NCBI GenBank assembly: GCA_003427395.1
Contig: BFEA01000035.1
Location: 4,359,068 to 4,423,067 of the forward strand
DNA from: Chara braunii
Lineage: Eukaryota > Plantae > Charophyceae
Direction of reading: 5' to 3'
DNA: 64,000 bases
Shown here piece after piece: positions 11,863-25,328 of the stretch (position 1 is the first letter of the stretch; each line of letters opens with the position of its first letter). Position numbers and translations under genes: made by a program. The notes under the pieces are model-generated. The model saw only the letters and a list, made by a program, of their open reading frames with translations, was not told where the DNA came from and made no database searches.

Positions 11863-14800
11863 TGATCGGGGAGATTGCTGGCTAACGGTAGTTGTGTAGC
11901 AGGTGACGGATGCATCAAGTATGGATTAGTCCACCGCCCTGCTGCCCTGCTGATAAACGATCGCTGTAGTGATAAGATGGACTTGGTTTCCGTTTCCGTT
12001 TCCGTTTCCGTTTCCGTTTCACAGCATGTGGTTGGGTGGACGGATGCCGAGTGCAGCAGTGCTATCACTGCTATGTTAGAGAGGCTGAATTGTGCCAAGT
12101 TTGAACACGATGGGTGGACTTTTTTGACTCCGCTCCGGACATAATTGCGGTCAGATACAGATAGAGTCGGGCGCAATTGCAGTCAGATACATTCAGGGGG
12201 AAAGAAACAAGGGGAATGGCACGGAGTTTGAAAAGAAAGAGGGTACATTACGACACGCTTTCAGGGGGGAAACACAAAGAGGCAGAAGACCGTCCAAAAA
12301 AACTGGGGAGACAGAAACCTGGATACTTGAGGGCGTACTCGCACACACTAGAACGTTTTCGAGGGGGGATGATGCGAGGGTGCCGGCACCTTATTATCGA
12401 TCAGCAGAATTGAAAAAGGGCGAAGTGGGCATGAGTGAGAGACGCGGATGTCTCCTGGCGCGTGATGGCCTGTGTTTGTGTCATTGCGCTGTTTAGTAGT
12501 AAATTATGTTGACATCATCAAGAAGTCCACGTGCACTGGTTTGCCATGCGTTCTGATAGATATTGAGGTTTCTGCCCGGTATCGGCAAGCATTGCAGTTC
12601 ATCCGTTCTGATGACTGTGTCGATTCAAGGAGTCGTCTCCGTCATGGTGGAAGTCAACGGTCAAATTAGTCTCCTTCATGGTGAAAGTCAACGGTCTGAT
12701 TCTACTTAGTGCAGTTTATGCGTTCGGATGACTGTGTTACTTAAAGGTGTATGCCTCATAGCACCCTTTTTTTTTTTTTTTTAAACAGAACCTCTCGATT
12801 CTGGCTCCTGCCATTCTAAGGAGCAACAGTCCCGTTCCTATTCCCACCTTGGAATGCTGTCATCAGGTTCTTGTTCCCACTGAGTCATTCACTCAGTCAC
12901 CGAAGTCCTTTTCTTACTCACTCAGTCTGTCACTCACAGGAGTCCGCACACACACCGCAGTTGTCGCGCTTGTTCTATCCACATCGGGTCTCTCACTCTC
13001 CACAAAGTTCCGCTTTTTGTCAAGAGCTCTGTGGCTCCGTGGAGGTCCCTCCACAAAACGGGTGTGGCAGAATGGGCCGCTTGCCGAACTCGGCGACAGA
13101 GCACAAAATCCGTGTTGAGGAGAAAATCCTCCTGTGATATGGAAATGCAATGGCCGAGTGTATGGAACCATGCCGCACCTGCCAACCTTGGAGAAATTAT
13201 GGTAAGTAATGGAATGTGGTCTTATCTGTGAAAAATGCCGCAATGTGTGCCGTCATGTTCGCTATACACAACTGCACAGAAACGCCAGGACTGTGCCAGA
13301 CTGTTTTGTCGGACTATCCCGGACTCATGTGTCTGTGTGTGTGACAGCCAGGCAAACAGAACAGACAAAGAAACAAAAACAAACAAACGAACAGAGGGAC
13401 AGGAAGAACAAACGAACATAGAGACAGGAAGTACTGGTGGTTTAATGACAAAGACCAAAGACTAGAGTGTAATCATATGGTGCTTCCGGTGCAGAGCTGA
13501 TTCAGCGTCACACGGCCCCTCAGAGAGAGAGAGAGAGAGAGAAGTTGGGTATAGAGTCCAGTGACCGAGCAGGAGGTTCACAGCACGTTGTGAGACTTTG
13601 CCAAACACTTGCGTATATCAGTGCAGTAGTAACGATGAAGTCGTGCATGAGTGCATTCGATGATTCGAGTGCCAAATCAGTCATCAATGTGACATCACAG
13701 TCACATCCGTCGTCATCAATGTGACATCACAGTCACATCCGTCATCATGGCAGGTGTGATTCGTGACAGCTCGTGACAATTGAATTTCGAGACTGGTTTA
13801 CTGTAGACTTCTCTCTCTTCTTTTCTATCCGAACAAGTAATAGCGTCCTAGGCTGGGCTTAGCGAACAGCCCAATAGATATGGTGAGCAGTATTGGTAAT
13901 AACCTTTCCTTGTGAGACCTTTGTCAGTATCTCTATGCACACGGCTTTGCATCATGTTGCGAAGATGTTTGTTAGAATTGCTGTTCTGTTTGCATTGGAA
14001 TTACTGAGGGCACTCTGGGGCATCAGGACAGACATAAGTGAGGATGATGGATGACCGACCGTGCCGCTGTTGTATTTGTGGGGGCAGCTTTGTTGCGTGT
14101 AGGATAGGGCCCTGGGCCCACTACTTAGTACTCGCCAAATGGGCAAAATGAGAATGAATCTGTCGTTAGAATATGGAAAGATGCACCGCCGTACTTTGTC
14201 TTTTGTGCATGTGGCAAGTAGTGAAGCGAGGCCGTAGGTTGACCGCCATAAGCTCTGCACTGTTGAAAACATATACTTGTCGACTCGCCATGGACTGTTT
14301 AAAACAAGTACTCGTTGCCGCCTCAACAGTGTCCACATGGCATCTCGACTATTCAAGAGGCTGAGGAGGGACCACTCTATCAGGAAGTGTTTGTGTGGGA
14401 TGGAAATGCTATTTATTGAAGTATTTGCTCATTTATTTTTCTATTGAAGTATTTGCTGATTTATTTCTAAGGGAAATCACCTATCATCATGTGTTTGTAC
14501 CTATGGCGATTTTAGATTCGACCTCGTCATCTTGTTTGCGAATAGTCACATGCTTGTACCTCTTATCCACAAGGCTGGTACCGGAGGCACACTACTTTCA
14601 AAATCAAGAAAACTCTAGAGATTAAACAAAAAGATTACGGAAAAAGAGAAAGAGAAAAGTTGTAGTTTGTGTGTGTTACTGCACGCAGAAATCAACTTGA
14701 GTGAAAAGAAGGAACACACTGCAAAACAAACAACGAAGGAAAATACCTATACCTTGTAAACCTGCCCAACATCAGAAGGGCATTGCTTTCAGGGGTGATG

Positions 14801-16344
14801 TCGTGTACCTTGCAAACTGGGAATTTGTGGGAAAAGTACTGGACCAGCACAGTCTGGTTCCAAAATTCCCTGGCTAGCTTGGTATGAACATGCCCTGATT
14901 GTGCCCCGAACCACATTTCACATGGCTACTCCGAGCATTTGGAGATTAGGAGGCGTGGGGTCGGTCCTTCACCGCGTGCGGCGCATGGTGAAAGGGAGCG
15001 CCTTTGAAGCAAGTAGGGGGCTTGGAAACTCAGAGAGGCTGGTCGAGTCCTTCGCTGCCTGGTCAATGGCAGCGCCACTTTTGAAGACCTACGGGGATTG
15101 GACCCTCTTAATTTTCTTCCCCTCTTCGCCGGATATATGTTCTTGTTTGGTGCGACTACCAAATTTAGGCTGATTGTAAATTGCTAAGGGAAACTGATGG
15201 GCTGGCTGAGACCTGGCCACTGAGGGAAAGGGTCAAGGAGAAGGGAGTCGATGATGGTTGTACCTCAGTCAGGAGGGTTTAGGCACACTGGCAACCTGTA
15301 CTTTTATTTGAGGGAGACGAGCCCACTGTAGCCCCTCCCTGCGATGTTCGATTGTGATATATTATTCTATCACTGATGCTCCTGCGATTGTTGTATTGTG
15401 ACGTTCGATCCCCAATTCCCTTTTTGTATTGAAAGGGAGACATGCCCAGTTTGTATGTTTGGCCCTAGGCTACTTTTATTTGAGGGAGAAGCACCCCCTC
15501 ACATTAACCGCACCCTGCAATGAAATTCAATGTCCTATTGCAGGAGGGTTTTCATGGGAAATTGACTTCTTTCTCAAAATCTTGTCTCCTGCCGGAGCCA
15601 ATTTGTCCGCTTTTTTGTTCTTGCATACACTATGCTACATAGTTCTGAAGATGCCCTCGAGCCTCCCCGGGTGACCCATCTCCAATTTGGAAGATGGGGC
15701 TGTGGATTCTGACTCGTCAGGGCCCAGGCCACTTGCACCCCGGGCCCGAAGTTGGATTCTTTCTTTTACCTGGGCGGGTCCCCTGGCCAGGCCAGGAACA
15801 GCCCAGCCTTCGGTGCGGAAAATGGGGGACCACGGAAAAGGCCTGACAAATGAAATAGAAAGACCAGTGAATATTGGTCAGAGAGCATAGATGCTTTTAC
15901 TTTCTGTCATCTCCGTTAGTGCTTTCCTAGTTTGAACGTGGTCATGACATCTGTGTTGTATACTTTCAAACGTAGTGGGAGTGAGAAGGGCTTGAAAGGT
16001 TAAGTTTTGCGGTATTGCGGGAACTTTGATTGGGCGACATCGGGGAAGAAACCAATCTGTTCTGTTTGCAGTCCGTTGGATTGAAGGGGAGGTGTTTTCA
16101 GTATGAATGTAATGTGAGAGTGCATTTGACTTCAAAAGTTTGTCAGGAGGAAACACGAGTAAACAAGAGCAAAAAAACACCGGTACATGGACAGGCTCTG
16201 ACACCTGACACACCAATGAGATCCGTGCTAGATATTTAAAGAGAAGATACCCCGCGCGGTCCTCAGGGCAAGGGCTTTGGCCTTTCTGCAGTGGTTAGTA
16301 CCTTTGAAATAGTGCCTGGTGGTGTGAATGCACCGGGGCTGTGT

Positions 16345-16503
16345 TCCACTAGCGGGGGTTTAGTTTATGTTTCATGTATTTTCCAACGTGGTCACACTAT
16401 GGACGTGAGATTTTCAGATCGGATCCACTAGCGGGGGTTTAGTTTATGTTTCATGTATTTTCCAACGTGGTCACACTAGGGCCGTGAGATTTTGAGATCG
16501 GAT
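16345..16503. repeat. ~79-bp tandem duplication
   Basis: TCCACTAGCGGGGGTTTAGTTTATG...AGATCGGAT occurs twice. Confidence 0.9.
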
Positions 16504-17278
16504 TGCAAGGAGCCATGCATATTTGAAACCAGAACAAAACCTCGAGAAGTGGGACATGACCCCCAGTGTCACCAGCATCAATGGACTTCTCTTTTGAGCT
16601 TCTTGTTTTCATATTATCGTGGAACCACCTGCAGCAAACGAACGGTTTTCACCTGAAGAAAAATTTGAAATTTCCCATTCAGTACGCATCGAACTGGCCA
16701 AAGGCAGGCTGCCAGGCTGGTATATCAAAAATACAGGCTCCGCATGTATGGGGAAAGGCCGCCTTGCGACTATCGTCGGGATAGTTTTCTCTTAGTGGCG
16801 GGTAGCTTACTATGGGTTATTAGGCTTGAACCACCAGCACACACGGGCCTGAAGGCCCCTTGCTGCACACCAAGGTTTTTCGAACCGCCAGCGGTGCACT
16901 TGTTTTCTTTTTTTGGCTGGCGCCGCCAGCCATCGTGGTTCAGCGGAGCCTAGGCTACGAGGTTCTTTTTCCGCAAGGGTGGGACCGTGTACTGGGCGTT
17001 GAAATCACCACCGCACATGAAGCAAATTGGCAAACCTTATTTGACATCCAACCCTGCGAGAGGCGGTTAACGGAGGCCTCAATTTTTAGACAACTTCTAA
17101 TGCCATTTATAACAAAACCCAAGGGTCATTTTAACCAAACTTGCCACCAATTCAAAGAGTGGAGATCATACCAAGGAGCAACTACGTGCAAAAGAAAAAA
17201 GGAAAAAAAAAACCCTTAAAAAAGACTATGAAACAGCAAGACAAAAGTGCACTTTCATTAAATTTGGCCAAAATTGGA

Positions 17279-17459
17279 TCCAATTTCGGAAATCTTGAGA
17301 AATTTCAGAAATCTCATCAGAGGAAAATTCCAATGGCCAAAATGATACGAAATTTGGCACACATTTAAGGTTGCTTTGTGCCAAGTTTGGTATCATTTGG
17401 GCCATTGGAATTTTCCTCTGATGAGATTTCTGAAATTTCTCAAGATCTCTGAAATTGGA
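17279..17459. repeat. Near-perfect 83-bp-arm inverted repeat (hairpin, 15-nt loop)
   Basis: 17279-17361 is the reverse complement of 17377-17459 with few mismatches. Confidence 0.9.
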
Positions 17460-18129
17460 ATGTTGGCGAAACCCCCGAACCCTAATTTCAGTTTTGGACC
17501 CGTTACTCAGGAGCTGAAAGTGGGGGGGTCCCAGTTAACCACTCGTGAACCTGGACCTCCAGGTTATTGACGGACTAGGTTGCGGCTGAACTGGCTCGCA
17601 GCGCTCATGTGCACTGGTGCAAGCCCTGTCAGGCCCACAGGTAAATAGGCACTGTGGTGTGATCCTTTTGCAACTCACATGCACGTCCAGTGTCAGATGC
17701 ATCAGTGAGGCCGCAAAGCTCGCATCTGAGCTTATGTGCTGCTAGTGGCTGGCTTTTGTCTGCGGCTGCCAGCATGTTTTCTTTTTCTTGTTTTTTTTTT
17801 TTTTTTTTTCCATGTCATGATGGGTCAGCTGGACTCAAAATGTGACAGTCTTTTAAGAGACTTCTGAAAGTTCTTAAATTATGAATGAATGAATTTAACC
17901 AGGCGCAGGCTCGCTGCTACATCCAAACAATGGCCCGAGCGTTTGCTAGCGCACCTATGCCACTATGTATGGTGGGGGTGGATCTGGTGCATTGTTCGGT
18001 GGGTGCCTCGGAGCCATGGCTGGCAGAGGACCCCATCATGGCCACTATTTGTAACGAACGGGAGACCGCTGTCAACTCTGTAGGGAAAGGGGAAGCAGGC
18101 ATTTTTTTAATTTGAGATGGAATGGAAGG

Positions 18130-19320
18130 CCTGTTAGGAGAGGCCTGATGGATTTCTGATCTGATCGCTGTAGTCTGAAAAGAACTCTGAAAAACTTGGT
18201 GGCCTGTTAAGATAGGGCTGATTCAGATCGCCATAGAGAGCTCCATTTAGAAATCGCATGGGTGATTTCGTTTTGGGCGAGAAAGTGCTGGTGGTTGCTA
18301 GGCTCAGGGGATGCGTGGGCAAGTGCTGTTCGCAAGATCAGGCGGAGAAAACAGTCGAAACCACAAGTTTTCCCAAGTACCCCGACTAGTAGTGAATCCC
18401 AACACTAACTGATGATGCTAATAAGAGAATGATCGCTGAACCAAGGGGGTCGCTGCTCTGAAGTGCCCTGGTAGACTGGTAGTGATCCGCTAAGTAATAA
18501 TTTCACTGCAAGTTGGCGATTGGGGAAGAGTGATTGGGATAGCAACAGAGCAGTGGATTTGGAAATGGGGCTGATGGGGGCCAGGTGCCTGGGTTGATTT
18601 GCGCAAACCATGGCTTGAACTCTTGCATGGGTCCTTGAAAGGACCCCTGTTTGTTACTATGCGTAAGGAACTAAAAATATTTAAGTTGTGACTAAGCGTG
18701 TCGAGTAGACCTCCTGCGCCGAGATGTTGACAAGTCGGGGGCGATATCCGTTGTATCCGGGTATGTGTCCATTTAAAGATAGAAATAACTGCGTGTGGAC
18801 ACACTGGAGTACTGGCATCCCTGTTTCGCTCCCACATTTTTGTTTCATTCCGATGGAAAACGTTTAGCATTCCCTTCAGTACAGGTAGGTCTGGTGACTT
18901 GGACCACAGTGCTGAATACAGCTTCTCTTATTATGGAATTTACTTCAATCAATAGGTCCAAAAGAGGATCTTTCTTTCATAATGACACATGCCTTGGGCT
19001 TTCCTGTTCTGGAACACAGAAGAAAGCGTTTATGATCCTATTCATGAGGATATCTCTGGAGGGAGTAGGAGTACAACTAGTGTGTTGGTAGGCAGGTTTT
19101 CTATTCTTGTGTTTGTCCTTAAAATGGATGTGTTGAGCAAAAGGCTAAAAGCCCTTTGTGTTTTTCCACCTCCCGGAATGTTTCTTATTCTGGAGTATGT
19201 CAACAGTATTAGGTGTCAAAAAAAGAGTACACTTTCTGGATGGCTTGCCAGATGTAGAAGTCTAAGTGAATCAGGGCGGGAGTTCCTTTCCCTGAGAACT
19301 TGAATGATAATGTCTCGTCT
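18130..19320 (-). mobile_element. Highly decayed LINE-like (APE endonuclease) relic
   Basis: Minus-strand peptide ...PPWFSDHSLISI resembles the APE C-terminal SDH motif; many stops and frameshifts. Confidence 0.3.
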
Positions 19321-19349
19321 CCCAAAGATATAGTTGATTGCGACCTTAG

Positions 19350-19386
<37 letters not shown>

Positions 19387-22300
19387 TTATTTTAGGGTGG
19401 TCGTGTTTCACGACAACCGCTTTTGTTGGGATGATGAGAAAACCGAAATGAATACGGCTGTGTCAGCCGTGCATAGATTTCTGCCACGCTTGGGAATGAT
19501 TGCAGCTCTCACAGCAGACTGGTGATTTCTGGGTATCGGTTGATGGACAGTTGAGAAGACTGCCAGTAGAAAGGAGTGAGGGCATGTGCATGTTAGTGCG
19601 ATCCTGTTGCACTGCACCGCTGTTGGTGCTTGAGGTATTCAGGAATATAGTCTTGTCTTCTTCTCGTTCTACTACGCCACGTGTACCACCTCATCCGTGA
19701 AACTTCTCGTTAGCAGTTGAGGAGTCTGCTACGAGAAAGGATTGAGGATGTGTGCAATCCTATTGCTCTGGACTGCTGGTGGTGCTTGGGTTATTTAAGG
19801 ATAAAGTCTTGTCTTCTTCTCGTTCTACGAGACCGCTTGGGTTATTTAGGGATGAAGTCTCGTCTTCTTCTCACTCTACTAGACCGCGTGTACCACCTCA
19901 TCTGTGAAACTACTCGTTCTGTACACAATACAAGACACATAAAGGATACTGAACCCGCTCCCCTTTCTTTTAACTGCTCTTTTCTCCTCCCTCTCTTGGA
20001 TTTCAGGAAAACGTGCGAAGTTCGGGGTCTGTTTGTTTGTTGGTTTGTTTGGTCTTCCTTGTAATCCCTTTTTTGCTTTTGCATGAGTTCGTTTGTAGCC
20101 ATCTATCTGTTTAGAAAAAAAGATGGTCATTTCGTAGTTGTGCTTCCGGCTTATCACTTCCTGTGTGTATTTACCATTTAGTATCCGGCTTGTTGTTTCC
20201 CCCAATGTCCGTTTGGACATTCCTGGCCGCTTCTCTGTTTTTCTGTTTGTGCTCGCTCGTCTGTTCATGTCTCTATTTCTCTCTCAAGATCATCATCTCT
20301 GTTTGGTACCGCAGAATGATAAACCCTTTGCTAGTGTTGACATTCAACTTGACACCTTTGATTGCCATTTAGAATTGTTATCTTCATCCGGATAAGATCA
20401 GTTGTAGCCTTCAGCACTAGGCTACAGTAGCCCAATCCCGAAATCTGGTCTGGGGACCTTCCTTGGACTGGCTAGACCTACGTGCCTATGAAGAATACTA
20501 CCCGCGCTTCCGTTCAGGAGGACTCTAGGTCTACTTAGCGGCAGGGCATGTGAAGCAAATTTCTATGTTCTTTCCAGAGTGGGTAGCCACTGACCATCCA
20601 TCTGATTCGATCAGGATTCGAACACAACCTGTTTACGCTTATCAACTTTTTTGAAAGGGGGTAGACCCTAACCATCCATCTGATTCAATCAGGATCTGAA
20701 CACATGACCTGTTTATTTATGTCTATCAACAGTTGCATGTGTGTACGATTCTGCCGCATGGGCTGGATATCGTGCAAAGAGAGCAAATTGCAGCTCCTTG
20801 CCAAAACTCTCCATGTGTGACCACCCCTCCCAAGAGAGAAAAAATCACAGTCAGTTGCCTATCAAGGCATGCAGTTGCTTCATGAGATGTTTGGGCGTGT
20901 TTGTACAAACCGTTTGCGTCTCCCGTTCTTTGTTGTAACCTGTACCACATTGTGGTGTCGGTAGTACAAAGCACTGCAGGTGCAGTAGTACTCGAAGGCT
21001 TTCATCGGTTCATATTGTGCAAACTATGTGCACTGAGTAGCGGCGGAGCACTGGATCGAAAACCAATGTCTGGTTGCTTTCTTGTTGGGAATAGAATTTC
21101 GCTGAACCGCTGTATATCGGATAAAGCAAGAAAGAAACAGGAACTGAACACTGCATGTGACAACACATATTGTGAACTCCTGTATTCTGTGTTATAAATT
21201 TGAAAGAATCGGGAATCAAATGGTACACCTATGAACTATCGAAGCACAGACCTCAGTTCGAATCCGGATGAACTAGACGAATCACCTGGGGATGACCAGT
21301 TTGTGAATGATATCTCAAGACCCTCGCCCTTTTTAGAAAAAGGGGAAAAGAAAAGTAATCGGTAATCAGCCACTGTATCTGACAACAGAGGCATATGCTG
21401 GTGTACACCCATGAAGTACATGAGATGTGCGTGTGGATGCTTCCAGATCCCGTAGGGCCGACCCCTGTACAAAAAGTCCATGCTAAGTTATTCAAGGGCC
21501 AAAACCAATTGGTAAGATCTACACGGCAAGCAGTTCATGGTAGGATCATGAATGCATGGGGGTTGAGGACTTTTCAAGTCTCCCTCGTGACAATTTGAGA
21601 CGTGGGGCCTGCAGGGACAGCATACATTTCTGATCTCATTCCACAGGAATGCAGTCATCACTCAGTGTCAGTTGCAAAGAGTGCAGTGGACTTCTCTTTG
21701 TGCCTAAAATTTCAGTCGTGACGTATCTGATGTGAAGTTGTGAACACGATCTTGTTCTCAGGACTCAGGAGTTATCCAACCACGGAACCAGCACAGAGAA
21801 GAAGGGCAACGCTGGAAAAAAAACAAAATGTATGTCGATTCTTGAATCATCATTTGTTGTCGGTTCTCTCTCTTGCGCCGGCACTTGGAGCTTGCACCGC
21901 CTACTTCTTGTCTCTGGGCCCTATATGACCATGTCCGTGTTGTCTGCAAGGCCCCCCAGTAGCCCTAGAGTCTGGACAGTAGTAGTTCATTGTGTTTAAG
22001 AAACTGTGGGCGCAACCAGATGGCCATTTTGTGCATGTAGAAGTAGTGGGGTGCACAGTATTAAATTAATGTAGGCACGTAGTGCAGACTTTTCTTTCTT
22101 TACTCCCCAAATTGTGTTATCCGAGTGAAACAAAACTATCCGATAGGATTTTAAACCCTCTTGCCCCCACCATGAGTGCTTCCTAGCTGTGCCAAGGAGC
22201 GAGGTGAACCCCCAAACAGGATCTGCCTTTGCAAAAATCGTCAACGCGTGATTCGGCCCCGCTTAGGACAGAGATAACTGCAATACTTTTCGTCGGGGCA

Positions 22301-24070
22301 GCTATAGGTGCTTCCTGCGTTGTGCAGGTTGTGAAAGTCCATGTGAAACCCCTGAAATAGGTGATAGGTGTGCACAGGCCCACTCACTGAGGACCTGACC
22401 AATGAAAGGAAAAAAGGTGGTGCTGTTCATGATAGGGTTCATCATACGAATGCCAATTTCATAATTTGTGCGTGCCAGCCATGCTCTGCGCGAAACCTGT
22501 GTTTTGTTGCCAGCCTATCCTGTTCCACCACTGACTTGCAGATGGCAGTACTTTGGGCTATAACGTGTCATTTTGACATTTTCACAGTTGTCCGTACTCT
22601 GCCTCACTAGACTCTGGGTGCTCATCATAGGGTGCGCTTGCACAAATATTTTTCTGTGACTGCTTTCTTAACAAGCAATGTGTGCTGTTCATGCCTTCTT
22701 TTTCAGCTGCTCACTTGACACACTTTTATGCATTCCTCCTCACTGCATGGCTTCTTCCTACTCATATGTATGTTTGCCCATCGCCAGCAACACTGTCGTT
22801 TGCAGCATATGTCTGTTTATTGCACACTTGCACAGTTCCGATAAGCAAGCGTTGAAGTACTTCATTACAGGGAAAATGCCCAGTTTTACCAGTTATGGGA
22901 CTCTTAGACTATACGAAAGTAGAGAAAGTGGGTGAACAGTGTACCTTCAGGAGCAAATAGCGTTTGGGGTTTATAATTGGTTCTGGGCCTTCTGCCCCTT
23001 TTCCAGTGAACATCCATGCATCCACAGAGCTTTCTAAATCAGGGAATGTGAAGTTGTCTGACAACACACTATGTCTAACATTGCGCTGTAGATCAGCATG
23101 AATAGGTGTGCGCCACAAAGCCTCAAGAGCCGCTTGGGAGTGCCTTCCCTCGGTGTGTTTATGACATGCCGAGTAACAGGTGGGAGCGAGAAGTGATCGA
23201 ATCCATGAAGGTAGAAAAAAAAAAGAACGGGAGGGTTTGGCTTGAAGCAAATTATCCTAATCAGGGGCTTTTTGTTGATTTTAGCGCGTCTTACAGCGAT
23301 TTGTTTTTACTGCTTCGTACGTACAATGTGTAATGTTCCACTCTCACTCTAAATGCGCTGAATGCCAACCCAGTCTGGCGATTGCTGTCTGTTTGCCACC
23401 AGCTTGACAATAGCGTGGACTCACTCTGATTCTCATCCACGTCCGGGGGTATGCCAGCATTTGTGATTTGTTGGCATTCCATGTCTGTGGGGGGTTGTGT
23501 AATTGTGTAGCTGATTCTGAGAAAAATCTGTCTAGTCTGCATCTCGGCAGCATGCGCTTCAAATAGGATGATGAGGTGTGTCTTAGGGGTAGGTAGGGCC
23601 GATAGGAATGTATAAAGTATCAGGCAGAGTTTCTTGGAACTGTGGATGTAGCTGGATCTGCAAGCTCAGGCAGTACAGAATAGGGGAAAAGGAGGGTATG
23701 CTAGTTTGACATCAGCAATATGACCGACATGTTTTCAGGAGGGAGGCACCGTACGGTATTGTGCTGTGTTTCACTTCCGTGTCTACATAGGTTCAGCCCT
23801 CGTCGGCTCTATCCATCATGACACCTCAAAGAGGAAGCAGAGGATGAAGCAAGTAAGACCGGCAGTGGGGTTGGGACTTCGCTTACGGTCTGCCTACGGT
23901 GGTAGTTGGACTCTGCTAATTGGTCCAGGATACTCTGGACTTGGGCTTGTTGCGCGTAGAGATTGAACCTCTGCTCTTTGGGCAGGATTGCTTCTGGCGT
24001 TGCAAGAGGCCACCAGGCAGTGCTTCTGCGCGAGTGGTCCACAGCCTTAGTCAAGCGGTGAATTCCATTG

Positions 24071-24208
24071 TTTTTTTTTTGTTTTTTTTTTTTCGTTCTC
24101 ACCTTCATAAGGCCAAAAGTCCAAATCACTCACTCAAGAATCCAGGATTCGAACCTGCACCATGTCACAAGCAAGGTGGAACACTTCACCGATATGCTGT
24201 GAATTCTT
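24071..24208 (-). mobile_element. tRNA-headed SINE-like element / tRNA retropseudogene
   Basis: Minus strand: A-box-like CAGCATATCGGT, B-box GGTTCGAATCC in a CAGG/CCTG T-stem, ~45-bp body, then A11-12-C-A10 tail. Confidence 0.55.
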
Positions 24209-24989
24209 ATAGTGACCTGCAAATTCCCACAGGCCTATTCTGGCCTCATGCTGTGCTGGCTGTTGTTGGGGCGCCTAGGGAGAGAACCTGTGTGTTTTGG
24301 ACAGTGACATGAGGGGGCCACAGCCTTTGGCAAACTGTGACCTCGTACTGTCAGAGCGTCAGAACCTTTCTGACAATTGAAACTTGACCCACAGTTGCAG
24401 GTTTGGAGCTACTGACTGTTGAGGCTGCTCCAAACTTTCGGCTTGTATTTCTGCATAATCTGTTCTGGATTATTATGTTTATGCTGTAGCTTTGTCATGT
24501 AGGAGAGTGCAGATGTGATTGTTGCAGACGGGTGTGGGGCCGTTTTGTGGTCAAGCGCACACGAGGAAAATGTTCGACTCGGCGACAAGTCGAGTTCTTG
24601 CCCTTTCCTTCCCATTAGTAACGTAGCTACTTCTGCATTCTCACAGCATGCATGCGCTCCATACGACCGACAAGTCCCTTACCCTCTGTACGAGTACTGT
24701 TGTACGAACCGCTTCATGCGCTCCATATGGCTAACAAGTCCTTTACCCTCTGTATGAGTACTGTTGTGAACTGTCTTTACTCAATGATTAAAGGGCCCTT
24801 ATACGAACCTCTTCCAGTTACTGGATGGGAAAGGTCTGCAGTGTGGACCTTTGGGTTTGCCATGTGCCATGTGCCTTAGGCGACGAGCTGACAATGCCTG
24901 ACATACACAATGCACACATCTTGGAGATGAGAAGGCATCATATATTATGTTTCAACCACCCAGCTCACATGAGCCTGACTTGACGAAGC

Positions 24990-25328
24990 CACCTCTCAAG
25001 GCTCGCCAGCCTGAGACTGGACCTTCTCAAAGTGGCCTGCCGCGTTCACTACCAGCCCAGGCCCAAATCGAAAACCTCGTACAGCTTAGACCGATAAGAG
25101 TCCTACTCTGAACTGTCGATTCAAACCGCCAGTACATCCGAGCCCCCTTGTACGAGGCGGATCTCCTGTAAGCGCCACACTTTGCCAAAATGCCAGCATG
25201 GCGATTTTGTTTTCGTCGTTTTGGCTGACACTGCGAGCCATGTTGGTCCAGATGCCCGGCGCCTTCGAATTTGTCGGAGAGAGAGCCTCTCGTTTTTCCC
25301 CAGTTGCCTGGGACCTCGTACTGGCGGT
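24990..25328. mobile_element. Degenerate B-C pair of the same MITE-like family
   Basis: B-type core (AAAGTGGCCTGCCGCGTTCACTACCAGCCC), then TCAA ACCGCCAGTAC...GTACTGGCGGT TTAC. Confidence 0.65.
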
